Positions 9,801 to 18,700 of a DNA stretch of 64,000 nt are shown in pieces. The DNA comes from Acidobacteriota bacterium (lineage in GTDB: Bacteria > Acidobacteriota > Thermoanaerobaculia > Multivoradales > JAGPDF01): assembly GCA_014584695.1 (NCBI GenBank), contig JACTMI010000008.1, forward strand, positions 15,333 to 79,332. The letters run 5' to 3'. A program made the translations under genes and the position numbers. The notes below the pieces were generated by a model that saw only the letters and a program-made list of their open reading frames with translations, made no database searches and had not been told where the DNA came from. Position 1 is the stretch's first letter. Each line of letters opens with the position of its first letter.

Positions 9801-10264
9801 GGTTCCGCTCTTTCGTGACGCCGATGATCATCATGGCGCCGATCCCGCTGACGCTGATCGGCATCGTGCCGGCGCACGCCCTGGGCGGGGTCTTCTTCAC
9901 CGCCACCTCGATGATCGGCTTCATCGCGCTCGCCGGCATCATCGTGCGCAACTCGATTCTGCTGGTCGACTTCGTCAACCTCGAGCTCGAGGCCGGAGCG
10001 CCACTCGCGGAAGCCGTGACCAAGGCGGCCGCCGTCCGCTTCCGGCCGATCGCGCTCACCGCCGCGGCGCTGGTCGTGGGCGGCGTCGTCATCCTCCTCG
10101 ACCCGATCTTCCAGGGGCTCGCGGTGGCGCTCATCTCGGGCGTCGTGGTCTCGACCGCGCTCACCCTGGTGGTCATCCCGCTCCTCTACTACATGTACGT
10201 CTCGACCGTCGGCGTCGCAGCCGTCGCGCCCGCCGCCGACCGAGAATCCGGAGGTGAAGCATGA
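6884..10264 (+). CDS. RND family efflux transporter permease (AcrB/CzcA-like), about 1126 aa
   Basis: 12-TM RND topology with two large periplasmic loops. Motifs FAIGILVDDAIVVVENIHRH and NSILLVDFVN. GTG at 6884 overlaps the upstream stop; in frame with ORF 5402..10264. Confidence 0.9.
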   Translation: MSPDESTRPGVGSGAGLPERTRREALRLRQTRKPLGFAGKVAAAFLDSKLTPLLVVASLLLGAFAVLVTPREEEPQIKVPMVDVFVQLPGATAEEVERRLVTPLEKALFEIPGVEHVYSTSQPSGGMIIVRYLVGTDPDRAALAVHTKLAEKAAELPAGAPPPLVVPRGIDDVPALAYTLWSETATPLELRQVAQELRAELVRHPRVAQVHVLGGVRRAITVRFDRERLAAHQVSILQVYQALAGLDWKLPAGSFAAGDVDTEVEVGALFRSADEVAAAVVGVYPDGAGGRRPVYLRDVATVADGPDEPAQYVWMTAGAAGAHKRLPAGLDTPAVTLAIAKKPGTNAVDLVAELDALVARLAGPLLPANVEITKTRDYGFTADEKSSELMKHLGLATLSVVLLMALALGRREAVVVLVAVPVTLALTLASSYLFGYTLNRVTLFALIFAIGILVDDAIVVVENIHRHFQLGWTHPRHATVYATDEVGNPTILATFTVIGALLPLAFVSGLMGPYMRPIPINASAAMLFSLIVAFVVSPWLTYRLFRKHAEAMASGQHDKPGAATEQEGRLDRLYQRIFAPLLASRLKRWALLAGVAILLVASVMLFPFRFAAVKMLPHDNKSELQVVIDMPEGTTLERTAAVARELAMTVRSLPEVTDVETYVGTSAPFSFNGLVRHYFLRSGPLVADLQVNLLPKHDRKRASHDFAKQLRPLLAPIAARHGANVKVTEVPPGPPVLSTLVAEVYAPTPAERLSLAEQVKAIFESTPGVVDVDWYVEGPGPKLELEVDREKAARAGVSPEVVARTLRVALAGADAAHLSDPRAREPVPVTLRLDRAQRSGAAELLAVDVHGADGRLVPLSELVRPVETVRAPFVYHKNLRPVTYVLGDVAPTRPGSSAESPVYAIADMGERIGALRDAAGRPLEVLFSGRPADGTRSALVWDGEWQVTHDVFLDMGIAFAAVLVLIYLLVVGWFRSFVTPMIIMAPIPLTLIGIVPAHALGGVFFTATSMIGFIALAGIIVRNSILLVDFVNLELEAGAPLAEAVTKAAAVRFRPIALTAAALVVGGVVILLDPIFQGLAVALISGVVVSTALTLVVIPLLYYMYVSTVGVAAVAPAADRESGGEA

Positions 10265-10455
10265 ACGCCAACGTCGACACGGCCCTCCGCGGCATCGCCG
10301 GGACCTTCATCCTGGCCTCGCTCGCGCTCGGGCACTTCGTCCACCCCTACTGGTATCTGTTCACCGCCTTCGTCGGACTCAACCTGCTCCAGTCGGCTTT
10401 CACCGGCTGGTGCCCGATGATGACGATCCTGCGCAAGCTCGGCCTCAGAGGCTGA
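10261..10455 (+). CDS. DUF2892 (YgaP-like) small inner-membrane protein
   Basis: 64 aa, MNANVDTALRGIAGTFILASLALGHFVHPYWYLFTAFVGLNLLQSAFTGWCPMMTILRKLG; the conserved GWCP motif. ATGA overlap with the RND stop. Confidence 0.7.
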   Translation: MNANVDTALRGIAGTFILASLALGHFVHPYWYLFTAFVGLNLLQSAFTGWCPMMTILRKLGLRG

Positions 10456-10459
10456 TCCG

Positions 10460-10753
10460 ATGAAGCTGCTGATGATCGTCGTCGACGAGACGAAGAAGGA
10501 GCAGCTCGAGGTGGTGCTCGAGGAGGCCGGCGTCGCCGGCTACACGGAGCTCTCGCGCGCCGCCGGGTCGGGCTCGACCGGGCCGCGCCTGGGCTCGCGT
10601 GCCTTCCCACGCACCTCGGCGGTGGTCTTCACCTTCGTGCCGGACGAAGCCCTCGATCCCCTGCGCGACCGGCTGCGCAGCTTCTGCGCCGATTGTGGCG
10701 AGCGCTTGCGCATGGTCGCCTGGGACGTCGACGATCTGGGGGAGACGACATGA
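10460..10753 (+). CDS. P-II-like (GlnB/DUF190-like) small signalling protein
   Basis: 97 aa, MKLLMIVVDETKKEQLEVVLEEAGVAGYTE...; the ferredoxin-like fold signature of P-II-like proteins commonly found beside RND/heavy-metal efflux genes. Confidence 0.5.
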   Translation: MKLLMIVVDETKKEQLEVVLEEAGVAGYTELSRAAGSGSTGPRLGSRAFPRTSAVVFTFVPDEALDPLRDRLRSFCADCGERLRMVAWDVDDLGETT

Positions 10754-11121
10754 GCGACCCGGCATCGATGACGCCGACGGACGAGTTGCTGGGCCGGATC
10801 GCCGAGCGCCTGAAGGCCCTCGCCGACCCCACCCGGCTCAAGATCCTCCACTCCCTGGAGCAGGGTGAGCGCTGCGTCTCGGACATCCTCGCCGCGGTGG
10901 GCGGCAGCCAAGCCAATGTCTCCAAGCACCTGGCGCTGCTGCGCCGGACCGGGATCGTGGCGGCCCGGCGGGCGGGGACGAACGTTCTCTACCGGGTCGT
11001 CGATCCGGCGGCCTTCGAGATCTGCCGGACCGTCTGCGGCGTTCTCGAGGAGCGGGCTGACGCCGACCGGCGGATGATCCGCAGCGCCACCGGCGGCCGT
11101 CGGAGGGCGCTCGCGCGATGA
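10750..11121 (+). CDS. ArsR/SmtB-family metalloregulatory transcriptional repressor
   Basis: 123 aa; LKALADPTRLKILHSLEQGERCVSDILAAVGGSQANVSKHLALLRRTGIV is a winged HTH with a metal-binding Cys in the alpha3 region. ATGA overlap with the upstream gene. Confidence 0.85.
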   Translation: MSDPASMTPTDELLGRIAERLKALADPTRLKILHSLEQGERCVSDILAAVGGSQANVSKHLALLRRTGIVAARRAGTNVLYRVVDPAAFEICRTVCGVLEERADADRRMIRSATGGRRRALAR

Positions 11122-11207
11122 GCGACCTGCTGCTCTTCCTCGTCTTCCTGGCGGTCTGGGTGCTGCTGCAGAATTGGCTGCTGCCACGCCTGGGCGTCCC
11201 CACGTGA
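11118..11207 (+). CDS. Putative 29-aa hydrophobic micro-protein (MSDLLLFLVFLAVWVLLQNWLLPRLGVPT)
   Basis: ATG overlaps the arsR stop (ATGA). It encodes a single predicted TM helix and is too short for the ORF track. Speculative. Confidence 0.25.
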   Translation: MSDLLLFLVFLAVWVLLQNWLLPRLGVPT

Positions 11208-11299
11208 AGCGTCCCCGACCCGGCCGGGCGCCGGGTGTGCGGGCCAAGGCGGATCGAGACCTCGACGGCGCCGCCGCCGGTCGAACCGGAAGGAGAATC

Positions 11300-11698
11300 A
11301 TGCGCGACACCGGAATCGCCTACCAGACCGAAGTCGACCTGAGTTTCGAGCAGGCCGTCGCCCGCTGCCGCGAGGAGCTGGCGCGGGAGGGCTTCGGCGT
11401 GCTGACCGAGATCGACATCCGCGCCAAGCTGGCCGAGAAACTGGGCGTCGAGGTGCCGCCGAACGTCATTCTCGGCGCCTGCCACCCGCCGTCGGCCCAC
11501 CGGGCGCTCCAGGCCGTACCCGAGGTGGCCGTGCTGCTGCCCTGCAACGTCACCGTGGCGATCGAAGCCGGTCGAACCGTCGTCCGGGCGATGAACCCCG
11601 AGGGGGCGATGAAGCTGCTCGCCAACCCGGCTCTCGACGAGGTCGCCGCCACCGTCGGCGCCGCGCTGCGCCGGGTGCTCGAGCGCGTCGCCGGCTGA
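11300..11698 (+). CDS. DUF302 domain protein
   Basis: ATG at 11300 after GGAAGGAGA. MRDTGIAYQTEVDLSFEQAVARCREELAREGFGVLTEIDIRAKL... matches the DUF302 fold family. Confidence 0.75.
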   Translation: MRDTGIAYQTEVDLSFEQAVARCREELAREGFGVLTEIDIRAKLAEKLGVEVPPNVILGACHPPSAHRALQAVPEVAVLLPCNVTVAIEAGRTVVRAMNPEGAMKLLANPALDEVAATVGAALRRVLERVAG

Positions 11699-11722
11699 TC
11701 GCCGATCAGCACTCGAGCGACG

Positions 11723-12241
11723 CTAGCGCTGGACCTCGATCCACGCGCGCGGCCGGACCAGGAAGAGATAGACCCCTTTGTCCTCGACCACGGCGAAGCC
11801 GAGCCGCTCGTAGAGTCGCCGCGCTCCGGTGTTGAAGGCCTCGACGTGAATCGACACGGGGACCCGGGCGCGCTCGGCCTCGTCGAGAACGAGCCGGATC
11901 AGGCGGGTGCCGACGCCGCGGTTGCGCGCCCGCGGTAGCAGGGCGAGATCGACGATGCGGAGCTCCTCGCTTCCGAGCGACCGGTAGAGCCGGCCGACCG
12001 GCTCGCCGCCGACCTCGACGACGTCGAAGCTCGCGCTCGGGTAGTTGCGGCGGTACTCGTGGTCCTGGGCCTCGAACTGGAGGCGGAGGAATGACTCCTT
12101 CTGCGCCTCGCTCCAGGGTACCGGCGCGAGCTCTTCGACGCGGGTCGAAGCGTAGACGCGAAAGAGCAGCTCGCGGTCGCTCGGCGTCGCCGGGCGGAGG
12201 GCGAGCGCCTCCGGCTCCAGCTCCGCGGGCGGCCCGTTCAT
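11723..12241 (-). CDS. GNAT-family N-acetyltransferase
   Basis: 172 aa from the internal Met MNGPPAELEP; acetyl-CoA motif RNRGVGTRLIRLVLDEAER. Its start overlaps the stop of the upstream gene (ATGA). Confidence 0.75.
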   Translation of the reverse strand: MNGPPAELEPEALALRPATPSDRELLFRVYASTRVEELAPVPWSEAQKESFLRLQFEAQDHEYRRNYPSASFDVVEVGGEPVGRLYRSLGSEELRIVDLALLPRARNRGVGTRLIRLVLDEAERARVPVSIHVEAFNTGARRLYERLGFAVVEDKGVYLFLVRPRAWIEVQR

Positions 12242-13074
12242 CCGATCCGGCGGATGCCGACCGCGACCGACTCGAATCCGCCGGCGCGCTGGAGCAGCTC
12301 GAACATCGTGCCGCGCCAACCTTGTTCCCAGGTTCGGTCGCCGAAGGCCAGCAGGTAGACCCCTTCCTGCAGCTTCGGCCGGCCGGCGATGGCGTCCACG
12401 GTGAAGTCAGCGGCCCGGTACCGAGGCCCCTCGACGACCGGGGGCAGGGTGCCGGGGCGGCGAGGCAAGGGCAACGAGCCACCCGGGAGTCGACCGCCGC
12501 CAGCTCGCGTCTCGAGGCCGAAGTAGAGCCCGCCGTCGACCCCGGTCTCGACCACCGGGCGGACCTTCGCCGCTTGGCGCGCCTGCGGGTCCATGCGCGC
12601 GCTCCAGGCCAGGAAAGCGAGCGGCTCGGGGCCGAGCACCATCTCCGGTGGCGTGTCGGTGCCGGCGAACAGGTAACAGGTGCGGAAGCCCGCCGCGAGC
12701 TCCGAGTCCGGCACGCTCGGGAAGAAACCGTGCACGTTGACTTCGACTCGCGCCAGCGCTAGCTCCGAGCTGACCGTCAAGCGCTCGGCGGGGACGATCG
12801 AGAGCTCGAGCGACCCCGGGTCGAAGCCGGGCTGCTCCCAGGGCAGATCGAGCTCCTGGACCCAACCTTCGCTTTCCTCGATGAACCCCACCGAGAGATG
12901 GGCCGGCGTCAGCAGGTCGAGGCCGAGCGGCGACGCGATCGCCTGCTTCGCCAGGGCGGCGAAGGGGCTCGCGAACGTCGCCCCGGCTGCGATCACCGAA
13001 CCGAGGGCCAGAGCCTCGCGCCGCGACACTTCGGCTCTGTAGCGCGCCGTTCCTCCTGCCTTGCCGTCGCTCAT
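12238..13074 (-). CDS. Hypothetical exported protein with twin-arginine (Tat)-like signal
   Basis: 278 aa from MSDGKAGGTARYRAEVSRREALALGSVIAAGATFASPFAALA (SRREAL plus a hydrophobic stretch). RBS GGGGGAG upstream. No recognisable domain. Confidence 0.5.
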   Translation of the reverse strand: MSDGKAGGTARYRAEVSRREALALGSVIAAGATFASPFAALAKQAIASPLGLDLLTPAHLSVGFIEESEGWVQELDLPWEQPGFDPGSLELSIVPAERLTVSSELALARVEVNVHGFFPSVPDSELAAGFRTCYLFAGTDTPPEMVLGPEPLAFLAWSARMDPQARQAAKVRPVVETGVDGGLYFGLETRAGGGRLPGGSLPLPRRPGTLPPVVEGPRYRAADFTVDAIAGRPKLQEGVYLLAFGDRTWEQGWRGTMFELLQRAGGFESVAVGIRRIG

Positions 13075-13102
13075 GACGTACTCCCCCAACCGCGAAAACC
13101 GC

Positions 13103-13405
13103 TCAAGTGAAGATGGCCTCGTAGCGCATGGAACCGTCCCGCGGCCCGAGCGGTACCAGGAAGATCTCGAGTCGGCCGACACCCTCCGCTTCGAGAGGGA
13201 GGATCTGCTGCGGGTACCAGGGACTCATCGGGCCGTGGAAGATCAGCCGGAAGGGCTCGCGCTTCGACTGCGGATCCGTGCCGCTCGCGAGGGGCTCCGC
13301 GGCGACGAGCGCGAGCTCGACATCAGCCGGCGCCGGCCTGTCGACCCGGAAGCGCAGGCCCAACCGCCCGGAGAAGTGCTCCCGCCTCAACTCAGCGATG
13401 TCCAT
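13103..13405 (-). CDS. Hypothetical protein (about 100 aa)
   Basis: Internal Met MDIAELRREHFSGRLGL... at 13405. It sits in the same-strand gene string; no recognisable motif. Confidence 0.4.
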   Translation of the reverse strand: MDIAELRREHFSGRLGLRFRVDRPAPADVELALVAAEPLASGTDPQSKREPFRLIFHGPMSPWYPQQILPLEAEGVGRLEIFLVPLGPRDGSMRYEAIFT

Positions 13406-13537
13406 CTTGTCGGATCCTCGCGTGGCGGACTCCTCGCGCGACCCTCGCGAGAGGCTGCCCCCTGCGCCCTTCGGCCGCGCGCGCTGCAGCTCGGTTTCGT
13501 GCCGGCAGACTACCACCCCGGGACCTCGAAGCGCCTC

Positions 13538-14146
13538 TCATCGCCCGCCGTTCCCCTCCTCCTGCCGGTAGGCCTCGGGCCAGAACCCCTGCCAGTCGCA
13601 CCAATCGGCGTGGCGGGCGCGCAGCCGGGCCATCTCCTCGTCGACCTCCGCGGCGTGAGGATTCGGCCAGATGTCGTGCCAGCCGACGGTGAAACGGCGG
13701 CCGGCCGGCGGGACCCAGGAGAAGGCGTCGGCCGCCAGGATCTCGATCCGCTCGCCGTAGCGTGCCGCGAGATAGGGCGCGACCAGGCGGATGACGTCGG
13801 CGGAGAGCTCGAGAATCGTGATGCGGGAGACGCGCGCGCTCCATCGGCGCAGAACGGCCTCGGCGATCAGCCCGAGACCCAGGCCGGTGATCAAGATCTC
13901 CCCGCCGCGCGCGGCCTCCCGCAACGCGTCGCGCTGCGTCCACCATTCGTCGTAGAGGTCGGTCATGAACTGCTCGGGACCACGGCGCAAGCAGGTGTAG
14001 GTTCCAGGCCGGAACTTGAAGCAGTCTGGCCGCCGATCCGTGGCGGGCTCGTAAGCCCGGTCCGGAACGGTGACCCGCTCGATCACCCACTCCCCCGACC
14101 GGCCCGTCGGCACCTCGGACCGGATGTAGTCCGCGAGGGTCTCCAT
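13538..14146 (-). CDS. Putative class I SAM-dependent methyltransferase-like protein
   Basis: 202 aa; Rossmann G-x-G-x-G motif ILITGLGLGLIAEAVL followed by an acidic strand ILELSADV and IEILAADAF. Confidence 0.5.
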   Translation of the reverse strand: METLADYIRSEVPTGRSGEWVIERVTVPDRAYEPATDRRPDCFKFRPGTYTCLRRGPEQFMTDLYDEWWTQRDALREAARGGEILITGLGLGLIAEAVLRRWSARVSRITILELSADVIRLVAPYLAARYGERIEILAADAFSWVPPAGRRFTVGWHDIWPNPHAAEVDEEMARLRARHADWCDWQGFWPEAYRQEEGNGGR

Positions 14147-14188
14147 CGCCGAGCGCCGTGACCTCCTGCCGCTGCTCTTGCTCTCGTC

Positions 14189-14716
14189 CTAGGTCCGCGG
14201 CGGAAAGACACCCTGCAGCGCGATGCAGAAGCTCACGGTCAGGTAGGGCATCATGTTGTTGTGCGGCGCGTCGCCGCCCACCGGCGCGAGCGCCTGATCG
14301 GACATGGCCACCAGGCTCGCGTTGGCGGTGTTGAAGATGTTGTTGCCGCGGCCGAAGGGCCTCGCGACCAGGGCTCCGGCCGGCTGATTGGAGTTCGCCG
14401 CGTCGTTGGAGGCCCGCATGGTGTGGGCATGCGAAGGGATCTCCGACTCGAGCAACGTGACGGTCTCCGAGCCCCCGCTCTCCCCCAGGTCGTGCAGCGA
14501 GAGGCCCGGTCCCTGCCCCGGCTGCATCGGCGCGCGCCCCTGCAGGTCGGGCAACGCGAAGTTCGACTTGCCGTTGCCGCCGTAAGTGGTTCCGAGCAGA
14601 GAAAAGAGAGCCGTGTTCTGCGACAGTGGCAGCAGCTGCCCGTCGCAGAACGCCCAGCCCCTGGGCGCGAAGTTGAACGGAAAGATGCGGATCTCCGCGA
14701 CGAACGGGTCGGCCAT
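14189..14716 (-). CDS. Phage tail-collar domain protein (PF07484-like; 'microcystin-dependent protein' MdpB family), paralog 1
   Basis: 175 aa; MADPFVAEIRIFPFNFAPRGWAFCDGQLLPLSQNTALFSLLGTTYGGNGKSNFALPDLQGR ... EIPSHAH ... GGDAPHNNMMPYLTVSFCIALQGVFP. Strong AGGAG RBS. Confidence 0.85.
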   Translation of the reverse strand: MADPFVAEIRIFPFNFAPRGWAFCDGQLLPLSQNTALFSLLGTTYGGNGKSNFALPDLQGRAPMQPGQGPGLSLHDLGESGGSETVTLLESEIPSHAHTMRASNDAANSNQPAGALVARPFGRGNNIFNTANASLVAMSDQALAPVGGDAPHNNMMPYLTVSFCIALQGVFPPRT

Positions 14717-14724
14717 GTTCGCTC

Positions 14725-15231
14725 CTAGGGCGGCGAGGGGAAGATGCCGAACAGCGAAATGATGAAATTGACGCAGAGGTACGGCTGGAAGTTGGTGTGG
14801 GGTTGCGAGCCCCCGGTGGCCGCGATCGCCTGCGGGTTCATGTTGACCGAGCTGGTCGCGAGCGTGTTGTAGATGCTGCCGGCGAGCGAAGTGGCGAGCA
14901 CGTTGTTCTGCGGGCTGGTCGCCTGACCGGCGGCGCCGCTGGTCATCTTCGGATGCGAATGCGCTGGAACCTGATTGACCGTCAGCGTGATCTCTTCCGC
15001 GCCGCCGGTCTCGGCGAGGATGAAGCCGTTGCCTTGGTGGATCGGCAGGCGGCCCCTCAGGTCCGGAACGGCGAACGTGCTCTGGCCGTCCCCTCCGTAG
15101 GTCGTGCCGATCAGCTGGAACAGCGTCTCGTTCTCGGAGATCGGCAGCAGTTGGCCCTCACAGAGCATCCAGCCGGCGGGAGCGAAGTTCCCGCCGAACA
15201 TGCGAATCTCGCCGACATACGGTTGCGCCAT
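14725..15231 (-). CDS. Phage tail-collar domain protein, paralog 2
   Basis: 168 aa; MAQPYVGEIRMFGGNFAPAGWMLCEGQLLPISENETLFQLIGTTYGGDGQSTFAVPDLRGR ... QVPAHSH ... GGSQPHTNFQPYLCVNFIISLFGIFP. AAGGAG RBS; 8-10 bp gaps to its neighbours. Confidence 0.85.
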   Translation of the reverse strand: MAQPYVGEIRMFGGNFAPAGWMLCEGQLLPISENETLFQLIGTTYGGDGQSTFAVPDLRGRLPIHQGNGFILAETGGAEEITLTVNQVPAHSHPKMTSGAAGQATSPQNNVLATSLAGSIYNTLATSSVNMNPQAIAATGGSQPHTNFQPYLCVNFIISLFGIFPSPP

Positions 15232-15241
15232 GGCCGCTCCT

Positions 15242-15751
15242 TCAGGTCGGGCTCGGGAAGATGCCCTGGAGCGCGATCATGAAGTTGAGTGTCAGGAAGG
15301 GCTGCAAGTTGAGGTGGGCCTGCGAGCCTCCCGCGTTGAGAACCGCGCCAGAGTGGGCGGCAGCCAGGCTCGCCGGCGGACCGTAGATGCTACCGACCGC
15401 CGCCGAGGCGACCGCGAGAAAGGCGTTGGTCGGGTCGGTCGCGTTGGCGCTGGCGCCGACGCCGCTGGCGACGTGGGTGTGCAGCGGCAGCTCGGCGATC
15501 GAGAGCGTGTGCGCCTGCTCGCCAGCCCGCTCGCCGAGCGTGTGTCCCGACCCGGCGTGGATCGGAGTCCGCGCTCGCAGATCGGGCAGGGCGAAGTTGG
15601 TCTGGCCGTTGCCACCGTAGGTCGTGCCCAGCAGGGAGAAGAGCGCCTGGTTCTGGTTGATGGGCAGCAGCTGACCATTGCACTGCGCCCACCCCTGCGG
15701 CACGAAACCGAACGACGCGATCCGGATCTCGCTCAGAAACGGCTCTGCCAT
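15242..15751 (-). CDS. Phage tail-collar domain protein, paralog 3
   Basis: 169 aa; MAEPFLSEIRIASFGFVPQGWAQCNGQLLPINQNQALFSLLGTTYGGNGQTNFALPDLRAR ... ELPLHTH ... GGSQAHLNLQPFLTLNFMIALQGIFP. GGAGGAGGGGGA RBS. Confidence 0.85.
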   Translation of the reverse strand: MAEPFLSEIRIASFGFVPQGWAQCNGQLLPINQNQALFSLLGTTYGGNGQTNFALPDLRARTPIHAGSGHTLGERAGEQAHTLSIAELPLHTHVASGVGASANATDPTNAFLAVASAAVGSIYGPPASLAAAHSGAVLNAGGSQAHLNLQPFLTLNFMIALQGIFPSPT

Positions 15752-15790
15752 CTCGTTGTCCCCCTCCTCCGTCGAGTGTCGCCGACGCCG

Positions 15791-18700
15791 TCAGAACATC
15801 GGCCCGCTCGGTTGGAGGCAGGCACCCGGCACGACGTCGATCGTCGAACCGACCTCCACGTTCACGAACGGCGGACTGGTCGTCGGCGAGTTCGCGCCAC
15901 CGAGATTGCCGCGCGCTCCCAGCAGTGTCGCGCAGGCCGCCGAAGGACTTCCGACCGGGCAGGTGCCCGATCCGACCAGGTTGAAGTCGCCGGCGAACTC
16001 CTCGAGCGAGTAGCCGTCCGGGGCCCGGTTGTTCTGCAGGTCGAGGCACAGCGTTCCGCCGCCGCCGGTGGGCAGGATTCGAGACTCGAAGGTCTGGCCG
16101 GGATCGAAGCCGGCATCGTGCTCGGCGAAGAGGTCGTTGATGATCGTCAGATCGAGGACGGCGCCGTTCTGGAGGTCGGCGAGCGCGCGCAGGCCGGGTC
16201 CGCAGAAGCCGGCCGCGCCCGGACAGAGCTGACCGGCGCCGAGGTTGCAGCCGCCGCCGGCGGAGGACGGATCGGTGCTGCAGAACGCGCCCTTGATCCC
16301 GAGGTTGTTGCGGAACATGACCCGCGCGCTCACCGTGCTGTCGGCGCGCAAGAACCAGGGCGCGTTGCCCGGCGTGTCGAAGGTGTTGTCCTCGACCAGA
16401 ACATTCCAGGTGCCATTGGTCATCGCCAGAGTGAACTGGCCGACGCCGCCCGAAGCGTTGGCGATCTCGTCGAAGTAGTTGCCGTCGACGACGACGTTCC
16501 AGGTCATCGTGTCGGTCCCCAGGGAGCCGACCAGCACGCCGCCCTGCGGGAAGTCGAAGTCGCCACCGATGCCGCTCGAGTGGTCGTTGACGGTGAACTC
16601 GTTCTGTCCGATCACCACGTCGACGTTGCCGGTCGCCCCGGCGTCGCCGACCACCCGGATCGAGCCGATGGCGCAGTTGAGGAAGTCGTTGTCGAGCGCG
16701 TTGTTGACGCGGTCGCCGATGGTCACCGAGGCATTGCCGGCGCCCTGCACCGTGACGTCGATGCAGTGGCCGCCGACCGAGGAGCGCGGCCCGGAGGTGA
16801 ACTCCTTGTAGGCATGGTGGAAGTTGTTGTTGGTCGCGGTCATGGTCAAGGTGCCGCCGGTGACGAAGAAGTCGATCAGCTCGCCGCCGCGCTGGAGCGT
16901 GCTGTTGGTGACCGAGACCGGACCGCGGATGCCGAGGATGCGAACCATCCCCTCGTTGTTGGAGTCACCGACGCCCGCGACGTGGAAGCGGTTGCTGTCC
17001 TCGAACGTCACGTTGTTGAGCGTCAGGCCGTTCCACACCGTGGCCGCGCCGCCCGCCAGCGTGGCGCCGTGGATCGCGTTGTCGCTGATCCGGCGGATGA
17101 TGACACCGTCGAGCGTCAAGCCGCCGTCGACGTCCTGACCGTGGATGGCATCGTGCCCGCTGATCGTGTCGATGCCCCCGCCCATGTTGCCGAGATCCTC
17201 GAAGATCATGTGGCGCAGGGTCACCGGGCCGTCGGTGTTGTTCATCGTCATGCCGTCGGCGGTCTTGTTGTCGATCGTGCCGCCGGTGCCCGCGGAGCCG
17301 GTGCCGGTGACGTGGAACGGTCCGCTCCCGGTGTTGGCGAGGATGATCGCGGTGTTGCCGCTGGCGCCGGCCGAGTTGATCGAACGGAGCGTGACGCCGT
17401 CCGGCGTGATCGTCGTGTTGCTGAGGTTCAACACCGTCGCCGTGGTGGTGCTCAGGGCGTTGACCAGCGGCCCGGTGCTCCCCGGGTTGCACGGGCTCTC
17501 GTCGCAGATCGAGAGCCGGCCGCCGCTGGTGGCGGTGAACGCCGGGTTGGCACCCGTCGAGGCGGACAGGCCCCCGGCGAAGACGGTCGTGGACGCGGCG
17601 CCGTTGGAGTTGAGCAGGATGCCGCTGCCGGTCTCGGTGATCGCTCCGGTGAACGACACCGTGTCGCTGGTGCGCGAACTGATCGCCACCGCGCGGCCGT
17701 TGTTGTTGGTGACCGGGATTCCGAGCGTCACGTGCCCGCTGCCACCGGTGACGACGACCGCATCGCCCGAGGCCCCGGCCGGATCGCTGATCGCCCCGGA
17801 GTTGACCGAGAGCGCCGTGGCGCCGACGCCGCCGAAGGCGTTGACCAGCGACAGGCCGGTGGTGGTCGAGTTGGTGCTCTCCAGGAAACCGAGCGGCAGC
17901 GTCACCGAGGCGTTGTTGACGCTCACCGCCGGACCGCCGTTCGAATCGATCGTCGCGACGCCGGCCGGCACCACCAGGCGGAAGCCGGTACCGGCGCCGG
18001 CGTTGAGCGCACCGGTCGAAGTGACGCCGAGGCCGGTGCCGGCGTCGTTGAAGATGTCGAGATCGGTGAAGCCGAGGTCGCCGAGGACGTTGGTGAGCAG
18101 GAGGCCGTGGGTGCCGACGCCGTTGCCCGACTGACCGATCAGGGTCACCCCGCCCGCGACCTGCTGGATCGGCAGGCCGGGGACGGCGTCGAAGGTCGCG
18201 CCCGCGACCTCGATGCCCGAGCCGCCGGTGTTCCCGTGGATCACGTTGTCGTCGAAGCGGGTGATCGTGAGCGGGCCGCCGGTTCGCGTCACGTCGATGC
18301 CGCGGCTGCCGGCGGTCACCGTGTTGTCGTGAATCGCCAGAGTGAGCGCGCCGGTGCCGCCATGGTTGACGTCGACTCCCTCCTCGCCCGAGCCCCGCAC
18401 GACGTTCTCACCGATGGTCAGCGATCCCGAGCCAGCGAACGCCGGGTTGGTGGTCAGGTCGATCCCGTTCGCGGCCACGCTCGACAGGCTCAGCCCGACG
18501 ATCTCGGTCGGAATCACGTCCGTCGCCGACACCGCACTGTTGCCGGCGCCACTGCGATCGACGAGCGGGCGGCTCCCCGGTGTACCGGAATGGAGCACCG
18601 TCGGCGAGCCGTTGCCGTTGAGGCCGACCGGAATCGACAGCCCGGCGTGCTCGCCGACCAGGCGCTGGCCGCTCTTGAGCGCGATGCCGGCGTCCTGGCC

